From assembly GCA_965153285.1 (NCBI GenBank), contig OZ229113.1: DNA of 64,000 bases; one strand, given 5' to 3'. Made by a program: the position numbers and the translations under genes. The notes beneath the pieces are model-generated. The model was not told where the DNA came from. It ran no database searches and saw only the letters and a list, made by a program, of their open reading frames with translations. How positions within the stretch are numbered: position 1 is the first letter of the stretch; the number at the start of each line of letters is the position of its first letter. The DNA comes from Podarcis tiliguerta (taxonomy: Eukaryota). Positions 52,866 through 64,000 of the stretch are shown here, one piece after another.

Positions 52866-54599
52866 CTGTCAAAAACACCACAAAAATCAGGATGCAGGAC
52901 CCATTGTAAGCAATGCAGAATGAAATGATAGCATTACACAAGAGAGCTAGATGAAGAGCTACATTAGAAATCTTATAGCCCAGAATAAATGCCCCATCAA
53001 ATATTTGTTGAGTCGCACTTAGTCCATTTGCTCTGGAAACATTCAGCGTTATTTCTGCTTTTGTGTGAGATCAGTCACCGTATAAACTTCATCCTGAATG
53101 CAATGCATACCCTCTGAACTTGATCACTGAATATTTACCCAATTGTTGAGCGTTGGTCAAGGGCAACTAACAACAGCTCATCTAAGTAACCGTTCTAGTA
53201 AAAGACTGGTAAGTTAAAACATCCTCCAATGACTGAAGAATGCATAGAAAGTTCTTGTGTATTGTTTGCCTATCCATCCTTTGGCAGAGGAGGAACTGTT
53301 ATTTGAACTTGGGTAAGGTTTTGTAACTTTGTAAAGTCCTATTTTGCTCAATAAAATTCAGCATTTTTCCACTAGTGCTCTGTCTTTGCTTCAAGGATCC
53401 TTTAAAAGGAAGCCGTTTGTCTTTGGCAAAACACCATCCAAGCCCTAAAGCCAGTTCACACAAATCTGGTCAACTCCATACCACATCTACCGAAATCTTG
53501 GCAGGTTCACTACCAGAATACACATGATGCACCATGTAATTACAATAAGCAAACATGAACTAAACTCATATGCAAGCTGCAGACAGTCACAACAATGAGT
53601 TGTTCTCCAAAAGTAAGTAGTAGTCCTTATGGCTAAGCTGTGACTCTCCAAAAGGTGCTAGACTATAGCTCCCACCCTACCTGGCCACTGGTGATGCTGG
53701 CTGAGGCAGATGGAAACTATAACCCAGACACATCTGGAAGGCCACAGTGCAGCCTGCCTGCCTGCCCCCGCTTTACATACCTGTCCTGAAGCATATATTT
53801 AATTTGCTGCCAACATTGTTCTCAAATGCTTTCTTTCTGCCTTCACTGAATCGTCTAACATGTCCTTAAGAGTTTCTACAGCTCACAAAAGTGGGATGGT
53901 TTTGTATTAATCCTGGCAGGAGCACATTGACAGCAGCTGTTTCATGGCCAGAGACAAGGTTATTTCATATGCTGCACTATCAATGCTGTCCTTCATAAGC
54001 TGTGCTAAAGATTCCAGATTCCTGACAGTCCAATTCTGTTTTAACGCAAAAACGCATAAAAAATTAAACAGGCCAATGTGTTTACTGAATGGACAGAAGA
54101 GAAAGGGAATCATTGGGAAGGCTTGTGTGTGCTACACAGTTTGACAGGGCTCCCTGTGAATTTAAAAAAAGTACCTCAAGACTTACAACTTGTGGCCATT
54201 CAGCGGTTTGTTAGGAACAAGAATGAAAACTGGGAGCTTTCCCAAGCTCAACCCACACCAGGTATAGCTAGCAAGCAAACAAATCAGCAGGGATTGATGG
54301 AACGTAGAACTATCAAAACAGGAAATAGAACATTCTTGCAATGTGGAAATGCCTTGGCACTTCCACATTCACTGCACTGCCTTCACGTCCAGCATGCAGT
54401 AGAATAGAGCAGAATACCACTTAGGCAGGACACTCAGCATTACACCATTGTGCAAGCAATGTCTCCCACCTCACAGCTGCTGCGCTATGATACTCAGAGT
54501 TAAATGCTTAAATGTGCTTAAGAAAACCCACTCACATTTCCATGATTTATAGAAGATTTATAGAAGCCTGCATTTATAGAAATGTGCCATGATATTATA

Positions 54600-54850
54600 G
54601 GCTTTCACCTATAAAGCCTTGTGTGGCTCAGGACTCCAATACCTTAAAGACCACCTCTTCCCACACAAGCCAACCCACACCTCACATTCAACATCTGAAG
54701 CCTTTCTCTATTTCCCCCCACCCAAAGAAGATGTGGAGGGTGGCAACATGAGAACAAGCCTTCTCAGTGGTGGCTCCATTTCTGGAATGCTCTTCCTAGA
54801 AATGCATTCCTAGCACCCTCTCTGTGTGTTTTAAGAGACCAGGCAAAAGC
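54600..54850 (+). mobile_element. Old L2 3' fragment
   Basis: Degraded YKAL..GSGLQYLKDHL...AFSVVAP..WNALP-like coding remnant. Confidence 0.65.
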
Positions 54851-54929
54851 TGAAAAAGCTGAAAAAAGCTCTCCTGGGATTGTGCCTGAAGTGCAAAGAC
54901 AGAAGATGACAGACAATATTCAAAGCCTC

Positions 54930-56210
54930 AAAAACAACTCAAATGTGAAATTGCTGGCCTATAAAAATTATGTATGCTATCCCCAAGATCCATCTCCATA
55001 CCTAAGTAATGGAAAGTGGCCAATTGAATGCCTTTTTTTAAATGGATCCAGAGGAGGTCTGAGAAATTACAGGCAGTTACTGTACACTAATGCTTGTTCC
55101 AATAAAATTGCTAGAAAGCATTATTAAATATAAAATTACAGAAAGTATATAAGAACGAGACTTCTTGAATAATAAGCATGGCTTCTGTAAGGGTGTTTTC
55201 TGTGTATTACATAGCTCTTGAGTGGTCCTCATATGGACCACTCAAGCATATGGCAAGCATATGGACAGGAGCGATGTAGTACATGTTGTGTCAGATTTTG
55301 AAGGACTCCTGAGTGAGTTTAGCAATCGTAAGATAAACAGAAAAGTTCTCTTAGGGATCAGAAGGAGGTTAAAGAACAAGAATCAGAGAATCAGAATAAA
55401 TGATCACAATTCAGGAACGAATGAAGTGGGATCTCTCCAAGGATCAGTATTGGGACAGCTGTTTTACACTTATTTGTGAATGACCTGAATTTTGGGGTAG
55501 GCAGTGAAGTGGCAAAAGTTGCCAATGTTCAAAGTGGTTAAAACAAAAAGGGATTCTGAGGTCTAAAAGGGTCACTCAAAGCTTGGTGAATGGGCACTAA
55601 AATGCCAAATGTGATTCGCTGTAAGCAAATGTAAAGTGATGCATATAGGGGCAATTCATCCTCCCCTCCAAAAAAAAAGTCACATGTACACTAATGGGGT
55701 CTGAATTGGCTAGGAAGGACCTTAGGTTCATGGTGGATAGCGTGATGAAACGGTCAGCCCATTTTGCAACTCTGAAAAATTCCATTTTAACGACCATTAA
55801 GAAATGGTCTGAAAATAAAATTGCCCAAATAACAATGCCATTCAGAAACCTATGGGGCGCCTGCACTTACCATATTTTTCACCTCATAGGACGCACCGGC
55901 CCATAGGACGCACCTAGGTTTTTTTTGGGGGGGGGAATAAAGAAAATATATATATTTACCCCCCAGGTGGGGGCCTGAGCTTCCCCCGCGGAGAGCTGCG
56001 CGAAGCCGGAAGCATGAGGCGTACTGAGCTCAGCATGTTCTGCTCACCACAACTGAAAAGAGTGTGGAAAGTTTTAGAAAAGAGCACCAAAACTGACTAC
56101 GTGGCTGAAATAATTCCCCTACAAGGAAAGGTTAAAACATTTGGGGCTTTTAAGGTAGAAAAGCAACACTAAGAGGGGACATGATAGAGGTCACAAAGCA
56201 ACCTGTTTTG
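54930..56210 (+). mobile_element. Degraded CR1 LINE, interrupted at about 55870-56030
   Basis: RT remnants (aattacaggc, catggcttctgtaaggg, caaggatcagtattgggac, aaatgtaaagtgatgcata, agaggggacatgatagagg). Confidence 0.75.
55870..56035. mobile_element. Truncated copy of the 19402-19930 element family
   Basis: TA|CCATATTTTTC...CATAGGACGCAC twice, then a T-run/G-run like the left end of the 19402 element; no right TIR found. Confidence 0.7.
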
Positions 56211-56801
56211 AAGAAGGATTCTGAGGGTATAGTACAGAGTCCCTGCATCCATGAATTAATGCAAAGACAGCTGCTGATGTCTTTCCACCCCTATAGGCCC
56301 AGAAGCATAACTTGGTGTTGGCAAAACCTATCAGGCATTGGAGTCCTTCCACAACACCTGGAGCACCAATCATGCACATGCATGGCTCAGCACTCCAGGA
56401 CTTGCTCTGTCCACAAAAGGAATCCTCTGGTATCTCCAGCAGGAAAAGCCACTGCTGCTGCTGCTGGAGGGGATGGAAAGTGGTCCTCAGAGCAGCTCCA
56501 AGGCAAAGAGCAGTGCAGGCACCCTGCCTAGCCCTCCTGTCCAGACAAGTTCACCTGCTTTTCGGATTTTATTTCTGTGTGTGTGTGTGTGCGCGCGCAC
56601 ACACACGCCAACATAGCTCCTTGCAAAGAGCACAAGGGACCCTAGGTATGCCTTTGAATAGGCCCTGGGAATCCAACAGTCTTTTTCTGTGCATATCCTT
56701 CTCAAAATAGCCACAAGTAAGCTGAGAAACAGACTCATGCATCTACATGTCCCCACTGAGTTTACTGGTTGAGCACAACCAGTACTACTTGTATTCTGTT
56801 A

Positions 56802-57042
56802 CAGTGGAACCTCGGTTTTCCAGCATCTCGGAAACCGAACAATTCGGAACCCGAATTCCAAAAACCCAGAAGTAATTGCTCCTGTTTTCGAACACGCCTT
56901 GGAAACCAAACAGCTTTTGAGGCGCGTTTCTCAATTTTTTCAATGGATTTTGCCAACCGCCCATTGATCCTAGATTTTCGAACATTTCGGGACTCGAACA
57001 GCCTTCCGGAACAGGTTACGTTTGAAAACTGAAGTTCCACTG
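56802..57042. mobile_element. Tc1/mariner (pogo/Tigger-like) MITE
   Basis: TIRs CAGTGGAACCTCGGTTTTC / GAAAACTGAAGTTCCACTG; TA TSD. Confidence 0.88.
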
Positions 57043-59050
57043 TATCACATTTGTCCTTCTCCAAGTTTTGTTACCCAAGATTATTATACAAGGAGAATTC
57101 ATAACTGCTATTTAATTGCCAAGAGATCCAGACTAAAAGGCTATGGGTGAAAAGAGATACTGTACCGTATTAGCCTACCCACATGGTTTGCCATCACAGC
57201 AGCTTTCTAAAACAGGACACCTTGGGATTGTGGTCCACCAACTAGCACAAAGATGATGAAAATGCAGCTGTGCTTAATTTATCATCCATCACTACTATGC
57301 AGACTAGAGCTCTGAAGGCTCCGAGAAGTTGTAGGATCTCAGACTAAATTGCATTTGGAAATGCAATTTACTCTGAGTAGCTAAGGAACAAGTTAATCTG
57401 AAGAATTAAAAGGCTCTTTAAAAACATTCACTTAAAGAGAGCTGATTTGGCCACAAAGAATGAGCTGGAGGGATGCTCAAGACAATCTTCCAGAAGAAGC
57501 CTGTCCAAGTTGGACATCGGCCAAGGAAGATTGCAACACAAGACAGCTTCTCCAAAAGCACGTATTTGCAAGCAGACAGCTCTCAGCAGTGTAATCTAGT
57601 AAAGAAAATGCATCAAATCCTGAGACAGACTTAATACTGTGGTGATTACGAAAAGGTGACAACCAGTCGGCAACACAGCTCCCAACTGAATAATTGATAT
57701 TTCATTATTACACATGCCAGTTATCCTCACCATAGCATACTAAAGTGGAAAGAAGTCAAACTAATGTCTTCTTTTCATAGCATTCACGTTTCTTCGTTAA
57801 AGACTTTAAAACCCTCCTGTCGTTCCTCATTTTGTCTAAAACAGAAACTGCTAAGCTGTCAGACTGCAGCCGACATTGTCAAGAAAAATAGTTGCAGTGT
57901 TTCCTTATGTGTTCCTGGAACTATCAAGAATTTGCAAAGTAAGGTGGCTTACAGTAATGTTCTTCCATTGGTGAATTATGGGCGACAATCAGTCCTGTTA
58001 ATCTGGATTCTAAATGTGATTGTGACCATATTGAGAAGGTCTTAAGCCTGCTCCTAAATGAAGACAGAGGAAATATGTGTGTTTAATCCCTGTCCCTCAA
58101 AATAAGATAATAGTTTGAAGTTTGTTTCTGTAGGAAAAAATCACAATAGAAATTTTATTTTATTAGATTAACCTGCATTCTCCAAAGGAGCCAGGAAATG
58201 TTATAAATTCTGTGTAACAACTAGGAAAAGCAGTTCACATTGAAATGAATTATCTTATATGATTAGTTAATGGTTTCCAAATGAATAGATTTCCAGCATA
58301 TGAACTTTGTATAAGAGCTGGTTTATGGATAGAAATGAGTCATGACCAGACTTCCTGAAAACATCTACAACTTTTTTAATCAAAGAACAATTCTTCTGTA
58401 TTCGATTACATGAAATTATTCTGTATTTGATTACGTAACACAGAATTTACTTCTACTTAAAGGGATGCTAATGAAGTCAAACAGGAGAAAGCTTGTGGGC
58501 TTTCCATAGTTACATCTGATGCATAGTGCTGAGTCTCTCCATAGATTATCCAACATTTGGATTAAATAAGCATCCAGCTTTAATTTTTAATACTAGACCC
58601 TGGAAGCCATGGATATGGGGGATCAGGAGTTCAGGGCATGGCCCCCTTCTCACTATCACTCCAAAATTAACCCACAGAGTAGAAAATACATACTTGATTA
58701 GTAAATGGTGTGCAGAAAAACTGCTCCCCTAATTTCTCCGCTGATCCCACTCAGGTACCACCAGATGTTCTGCAAGGCAGGAGGTATGCTAGACTGCAAA
58801 GGCTGGGAACAAGCCAGTTTGTATAGGTTCAGGTGTTTATAGTAACAGTTGTCCTTTTATGTAAAGAATATATTCTGTCTAAAGTCCCTAGTGTAACATG
58901 GTCATGGTTTAATTTTAATCAATTTTTTTCCTTGTTGAAACAGAGTAGCTCTGTTGAAACAGAGTAGTTGAAACAGAGTAGCCTGAAAGTTGTCTGCTTT
59001 AGAACAACTTGTGGTCAATCTTTTCGCTGCATCAAAAAGTGTTGTATCTA

Positions 59051-59445
59051 CAGTGGTGCCTCGCAAGACGAAAAGAATCCGTTCCAAGCCCATTGACAGA
59101 GTAGCGCTATTAGCGCTATTGGCTAAAAAAGGGCTAAAAACGGCTTTTTAAAGGGGGGGGGATTAGCGGTTTTGCTGCTAAAATGCTTTTAGCAGCTTAG
59201 CGATTCAAAATAAGGGGTTTTGGAGCAAAAAAAAAACCCGAAAATTTTCGTCATTTTTCGTCTTGCGAAGCAAGCCCATAGGGAAATTCGTCTTGTGAAG
59301 CGCCTCTGCAGACGGAAAACCCTTTCTCCGTCTTCTTCTCTGCAGACGGAAAACCCTTTCTCCGTCTTCTTCTCTGCAGACGGAAAACCCTTTCGTCTTG
59401 CGGGTTTTCCGTCTTGTGAGGCATTCGTCTTGCGGGGCACCACTG
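59051..59445. mobile_element. Tc1/mariner (pogo/Tigger-like) MITE with an internal 34-bp tandem repeat
   Basis: TIRs CAGTGGTGCCTCGCAAGACGAA / TTCGTCTTGCGGGGCACCACTG; TA TSD. Confidence 0.9.
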
Positions 59446-59599
59446 TATATGTAAAATGTTAATTGAGATGAAATTTGGCCATCTTATGGCTACAAAAATC
59501 CCATCCGAAGCAGATCTTCAAATAGAAATGCCTAATGAAAAAGGAAACCAGTTTGGGGGGCAGGGGAAACCTCTGAGACCAGTCTTAGCTCAATTGAGA

Positions 59600-60050
59600 G
59601 AAATATAATTGAAGCTCCTACCTAGGTGGTATCTTTCTCCTTTGCAAATATCCTATATGATACCAGGTGTACCTCCTCCCTGTTGAAGGAGATATGGGGA
59701 GACTGGCTCCTTCATACATATGTGGTGGTTTTGCAAAGCTGTTTGATCCTTTGAGATATCAATTTTTAAGGAACTTTGTTTAATAAATAAAATCGAGTTA
59801 GAATCTTTTCCTCAGCTTCCTTTGGTTGCAATAATGGATGTGTCTACTCCGCCAATTCCTCATAGAGTACTTTTAAAAATTTCTCCTTGCAGCGGCATGT
59901 GTGGATATTGAGAAGCAGTATAGCAAGATCTAAAATCTACTAGGCTGACGGAAGTCAAGTTTACAACATGTAAGACTTCATATATATTAAATGTGAACTT
60001 TTGGTAATACAATACATACTTTCATACAAGACACCTAAAACTGTAATAAA
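59600..60050 (+). mobile_element. Decayed L1-clade ORF2 C-terminal fragment
   Basis: Remnant C*RRYGETGSFIHMWWFCK resembles the L1 C-terminal Cys/His motif (C..C...G...HM.W.C). Confidence 0.6.
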
Positions 60051-60239
60051 ATGATCATATGCACATAAGCTACTAGCATATCAATTTAAAAGTTGTTGTT
60101 TCTTTTTACTATGGGGACACTGAAGAAAATTATTTACTTTTTAGAATCTATGTTTAGAATTTCCATTAAGCCAGAACAGCAATTCAAATGATATTAACCG
60201 GACAAATTCTCAAGTTGCTATTAAAATAATAAATTGCAA

Positions 60240-60242
60240 AAA

Positions 60243-60285
<43 letters not shown>

Positions 60286-60287
60286 AT
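60240..60287. repeat. (AAAT)n microsatellite
   Basis: About 12 AAAT units. Confidence 0.95.
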
Positions 60288-60944
60288 CTGTTTAGAAGAG
60301 CCAATGGCAGCTGGTGCCCACTTGGCCTGGTAGTGCTAAGAGGCCACAGGTCATGGCCAAGTTGTCCTAGTATTCTCCCTATCCTACTCCCTTGCAAACA
60401 TACTGTTGACACCTAAGCTTTGCTTTTTATTATTTATTTATTTATTTATTTAGTCCCAACTGGAAACTTCTCACTTTGGTACCAAAGGAATCTCTGCTGC
60501 CAGAGGAGGAGACTGATGGAAGAAAAGTTTGTGTGGCTTCCACCTGTCCTGGTTCTCTCCCTTTGCAAAGAAACAGTGGACACTTAAACACTGTAGTCTT
60601 ACTAATACATAGCCCCTAAGTGTCTTACCTTGGTTCAGAAGGGGCCCTTGCTGTCACAATTTCTATTGTGCATCCATGCCATGATTAGTGTACATAACAT
60701 AGAAGTAATAAGAAGCGATAAGCATGTAAATGACTGCAGCCTGAATTTGTTAGTCTTAAAGGTGCCACACTGGACTCTTAAACATGAACCCCATATATTT
60801 CCAGGCCTTATGGAGAAATATTATTCCTCTGCCCCCTGCAGCTCAGAGATGAAACATTTCCAGACTTCTAAAAACTGAAGGTTTATCCAAACTGAAACAA
60901 ACTTCTACTCTTCCACGTCTCAGTTTATTTCTTGATTTGGTGTA

Positions 60945-61171
60945 CAGTGGTATCTCGGTTGTCAAACATAATCCATTCCAGAAGACCTTTAAACTTCCGA
61001 AATGTTCAACAATTAAGGCGCAATGGGTGGTTGGCAAATTCCATTCAGAAAGTGGAGAAACATGCCTTGGGAGCCATTTCACTTCCGAGACACGTTCGAA
61101 AGCGGAAGTATTCACTTCCAGGTTTTTGAAACATTTGGCTTTGGAAACGTTCGACAACTGAGATACCACTG
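60945..61171. mobile_element. Tc1/mariner (pogo/Tigger-like) MITE
   Basis: TIRs CAGTGGTATCTCGGTTGTC / GACAACTGAGATACCACTG; TA TSD. Confidence 0.88.
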
Positions 61172-63193
61172 TATTTCCAAACAGAGACCAGGTCCCCCCA
61201 CCCCCCCCCCAGCACACACAACCATCCTACTTGAGATGAAAGTATCTGACATGGCTAAGAAGCAGTTGGTGTCAGAGGCTGTGCTGTGCAAAGGCCTTGA
61301 CACAATCTTGCGGTAGCGTACGCTTGGCAGAATCCCAGACTGCATTCCGTGGCCAAACCCCTGAATATGTTCTGTATGTTGCAACATTTAAAAGCACCTT
61401 TCCAACAAGCAAACAAGCCCTAAGCATACTGCTTGTTATGTTATCCTGTTAAATGCAGAAGCTGTGCTTACATTTCCACCTTTGAATCTTGGTTCCAACA
61501 GATTTGCAGCAGTCTGAATTGGAGGTAACAAAATTACACTGCTCTGTACTTTCTCCCACTCCCAGTCCTTTGAGGACTGGTCAAGAGGTCAGAAACAGAT
61601 CCACCAACCATGCCAACAAATTAAAGGCCACAAGCAAAGAAGGCATTCAATCCTCCTTCCTTCTCTTGAGGCAACAGCAGTGCCCTCCAAGAGGCAGAAA
61701 TGCATCTTGCTCTTTCACTTGAGTATTGTACTCTCAAGGTACAACTCAGGACTTGCCTCCATATACAGGAACTGTAACGATCTGAAACTGTACCTAGTCT
61801 TGCATAAAAGTCTTTCTGCTATGCAGCTTCAGAAATTATTTGGGGGGATTAATTATATGAACAGCTTGTCTCAAACATTTGTTCATCATTCTAAAAGAAA
61901 GTGTTTTATAAACAAACAAACAATACAATACAATCCAACAGGGGGAAACAGGGAAAAAGCATGTCCCCCCCTAAATTTTCCAGTTCTTTTCTTTCTTGGC
62001 CTTCACATCTCTACCTCTGCTTTTTCATTTCTACATCTTTTTTCAAGAAAGTGGAATAAAATGCAGGGAAATTAAGTGGATTAGGACCTAGGGGAACAGG
62101 GTTAAAAATCACCATTCAGCCGTGAAGTTCACCATGTGACCTTGGGCCAGTTACCATCTCTCAGCCTAACCTACCTCACATCGGGGACTTATGAATGCCA
62201 CCTTGGACGTCTTGGAATACACATACCTATATCCAGCCTGCTGTCCCTGATTTTGAATGGGAGGAGGGGAAGATTTGAAATCATGAAAAAACCTAAAATA
62301 AAACAATAAAGAATCTGGGAAACAACCGGAATATACAGACCTAAAAACTTTGGACTTTATATGTAGTTCCTCAGCAAATCCAGCGTGGCTGCCTGCTAGA
62401 ACAGGCTTGCCTGGGATGGAGTATGCAGGCAGGTTGTAACCCATGCTCCCATATTACATGTAGGCTCTGCACACTGCACTCTCATCTGAACCATCCCCTG
62501 CAGCTTTCTGTAATAGCATTTTAAATTTGCCAAAGTGTTTTATATTCTTTTATCCTCACATCAACCCTGTAAAGTAGGTCACAGTACAATTTTAGCAGAA
62601 CAGCAAACAAAACAGCACTGCCATCTTAAAGGCTAGAAATTGTATTCTGGCATAAGCTTTCGTGGGCTAGAGTCCACTTAATTGGATGCATCATTCTTTG
62701 TAATACATTAAGTTTATGCAATAATCAAGGCTGGGTTAAAGTGGTTGTGAGCTTGATGCTCACAATTTCCAAAACAGGGGCCTCTTCTCCTAGAAAGGAA
62801 CACCTGAATTTACAAAATAAGACTCATGCTACCTTCCAACAAATTTATTTATGGCATACAGTTTTGTGAAATACAAAAAAATGCCCTGAGCATGTGAAGT
62901 ATTACAACCCTCAGCAAAACGTAACAAAAACATTTTGTAAAACCCGATAAGCAGAAAGCAAAGATAGAGACCTATGACCACAACTTCCTGTCCGCAGTAG
63001 GCAAACAAACTTGCAGAACGTATCTGGGTGGGACTGGAGGAGATGCACAGACCGCAACCTCCTCCGAACTTTCCAAAGGCCTTTGTGAGCAAACAAGCTT
63101 GCAGAAGAGGGGTTTTTAACACTGCAATCCTTCAAACTTTCTGACAGAAATCTCATGGGCTTATTAAATGGAAATGCAGATGGGACATTAAGC

Positions 63194-63194
<1 letters not shown>

Positions 63195-63241
<47 letters not shown>

Positions 63242-63585
63242 TTATTATTTATACCCCGCCCAACTGGCTGGGCTTCCCCAGCCACTCTAGGCGGCTTCCA
63301 AAAAAAATTAAAAAATTAAAACACTGCAATACATCAAACATTAAAAGCTTCCCTAAACAGGGCTGCCTTCAGATGTCTTCTAAAAGTCTGGTAGTTGTTG
63401 TTCTCTTTGACATCTGGTGGGAGGGCATTCCACAGGAAGGGCGCCACTACCGAGAAGGCCCTCTGCCTGGTTCCCTGTAACTTGGCTTCTCGCAGTGAGG
63501 GAACCGCCAGAAGGCCCTCGGTGCTGGACCTCAGTGTTCGGGTAGAACGATTGGGGTGGAGACACTCCTTCAGATATACTGGATA
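63195..63585 (-). mobile_element. L2 LINE 3' end with adjoining (AAT)n microsatellite
   Basis: ORF 63334..63711 contains RTLRSSTEGLLAVP...RAFSVVAPFLWNALP; same 3' UTR as the other copies; (AAT)n at about 63195-63240. Confidence 0.88.
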
Positions 63586-64000
63586 TACTGAAGACATTTT
63601 CTTCATGCTACCAACCTTCCAAAAGCCTTCGGGAGCAAATACACTTGCGGAACAGGAAAATAAGTATGACATTGGACTGCAGCCACAATGGCCAAGCTGC
63701 AGGGAGGGCATGTGGGGGTATTGGGTATTAATTTTCCTTCACCAGCTACCCCACTCCCAAAAGTCCATCAAGTGCAGGGATACCGACCACAGTTCAGCAT
63801 TTATTCTGTTCTTCTCTCTCTGTATTAGCAAATAATTAAGTACACATCATGGAAGATCTCCCTGTCTTTATTTCGGCTTTGTTGATATGTTGGTTAACTG
63901 TCATGCAGCAGGGTAGGAAAAGTCAAGATACTTACAACATTAGAACAATTTGTGATTAGTCTAAAGCTGCTTTAGATTTTGATCAAGAGATAATTGGCAA

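Noticed and set aside
58933-58982. Short direct repeats (TGAAACAGAGTAG three times; similar small duplications at about 43720 and 58395)
   Set aside because: Consistent with local slippage duplications; no further structure.
59304-59394. Palindromic 34-bp repeats resembling a CRISPR array
   Set aside because: The units are contiguous with no unique spacers, lie inside a TIR-bounded MITE, and there are no cas genes; the context is vertebrate.
62911-63285. 124-aa ORF with a poly-Leu, signal-peptide-like stretch
   Set aside because: The poly-Leu is the (AAT)n microsatellite next to an L2 3' end.
52866-64000. Search for MPZL1 exon 1
   Set aside because: No CpG island or signal-peptide-encoding exon with a phase-1 donor was recognised; exon 1 probably lies beyond the window.

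Overview
This is vertebrate genomic DNA. The repeat content (CR1, L2, L1, RTE, Penelope fragments and TA-flanked CAGT- and CCGT-terminated MITEs) suggests a squamate, probably a lacertid-like lizard; that is inference. The window covers the conserved DCAF6-MPC2-MPZL1 locus. DCAF6 coding exons 1-10 lie on the minus strand (23392 down to 578) and the gene continues past the left edge. A complete MPC2 CDS (5 coding exons, 127 aa, 24294-33710) lies on the plus strand and shares a CpG-island bidirectional promoter with DCAF6. MPZL1/PZR coding exons 2-6 lie on the minus strand (52865 down to 41753); its exon 1 was not found and is probably beyond the right edge. All called exons have GT-AG boundaries and consistent phases. 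Most ORFs in the six-frame track are spurious or derived from transposons. I see no convincing new multi-gene system. The best leads are: ADCY10 is missing from its mammalian syntenic slot; DCAF6 has a two-uORF (TGATG stop-start) leader; DCAF6 intron 2 holds an intact solo LTR; MPZL1 keeps the potential for an ITIM-less isoform; and several young MITEs are present. Human comparisons are from memory and no database search was run.
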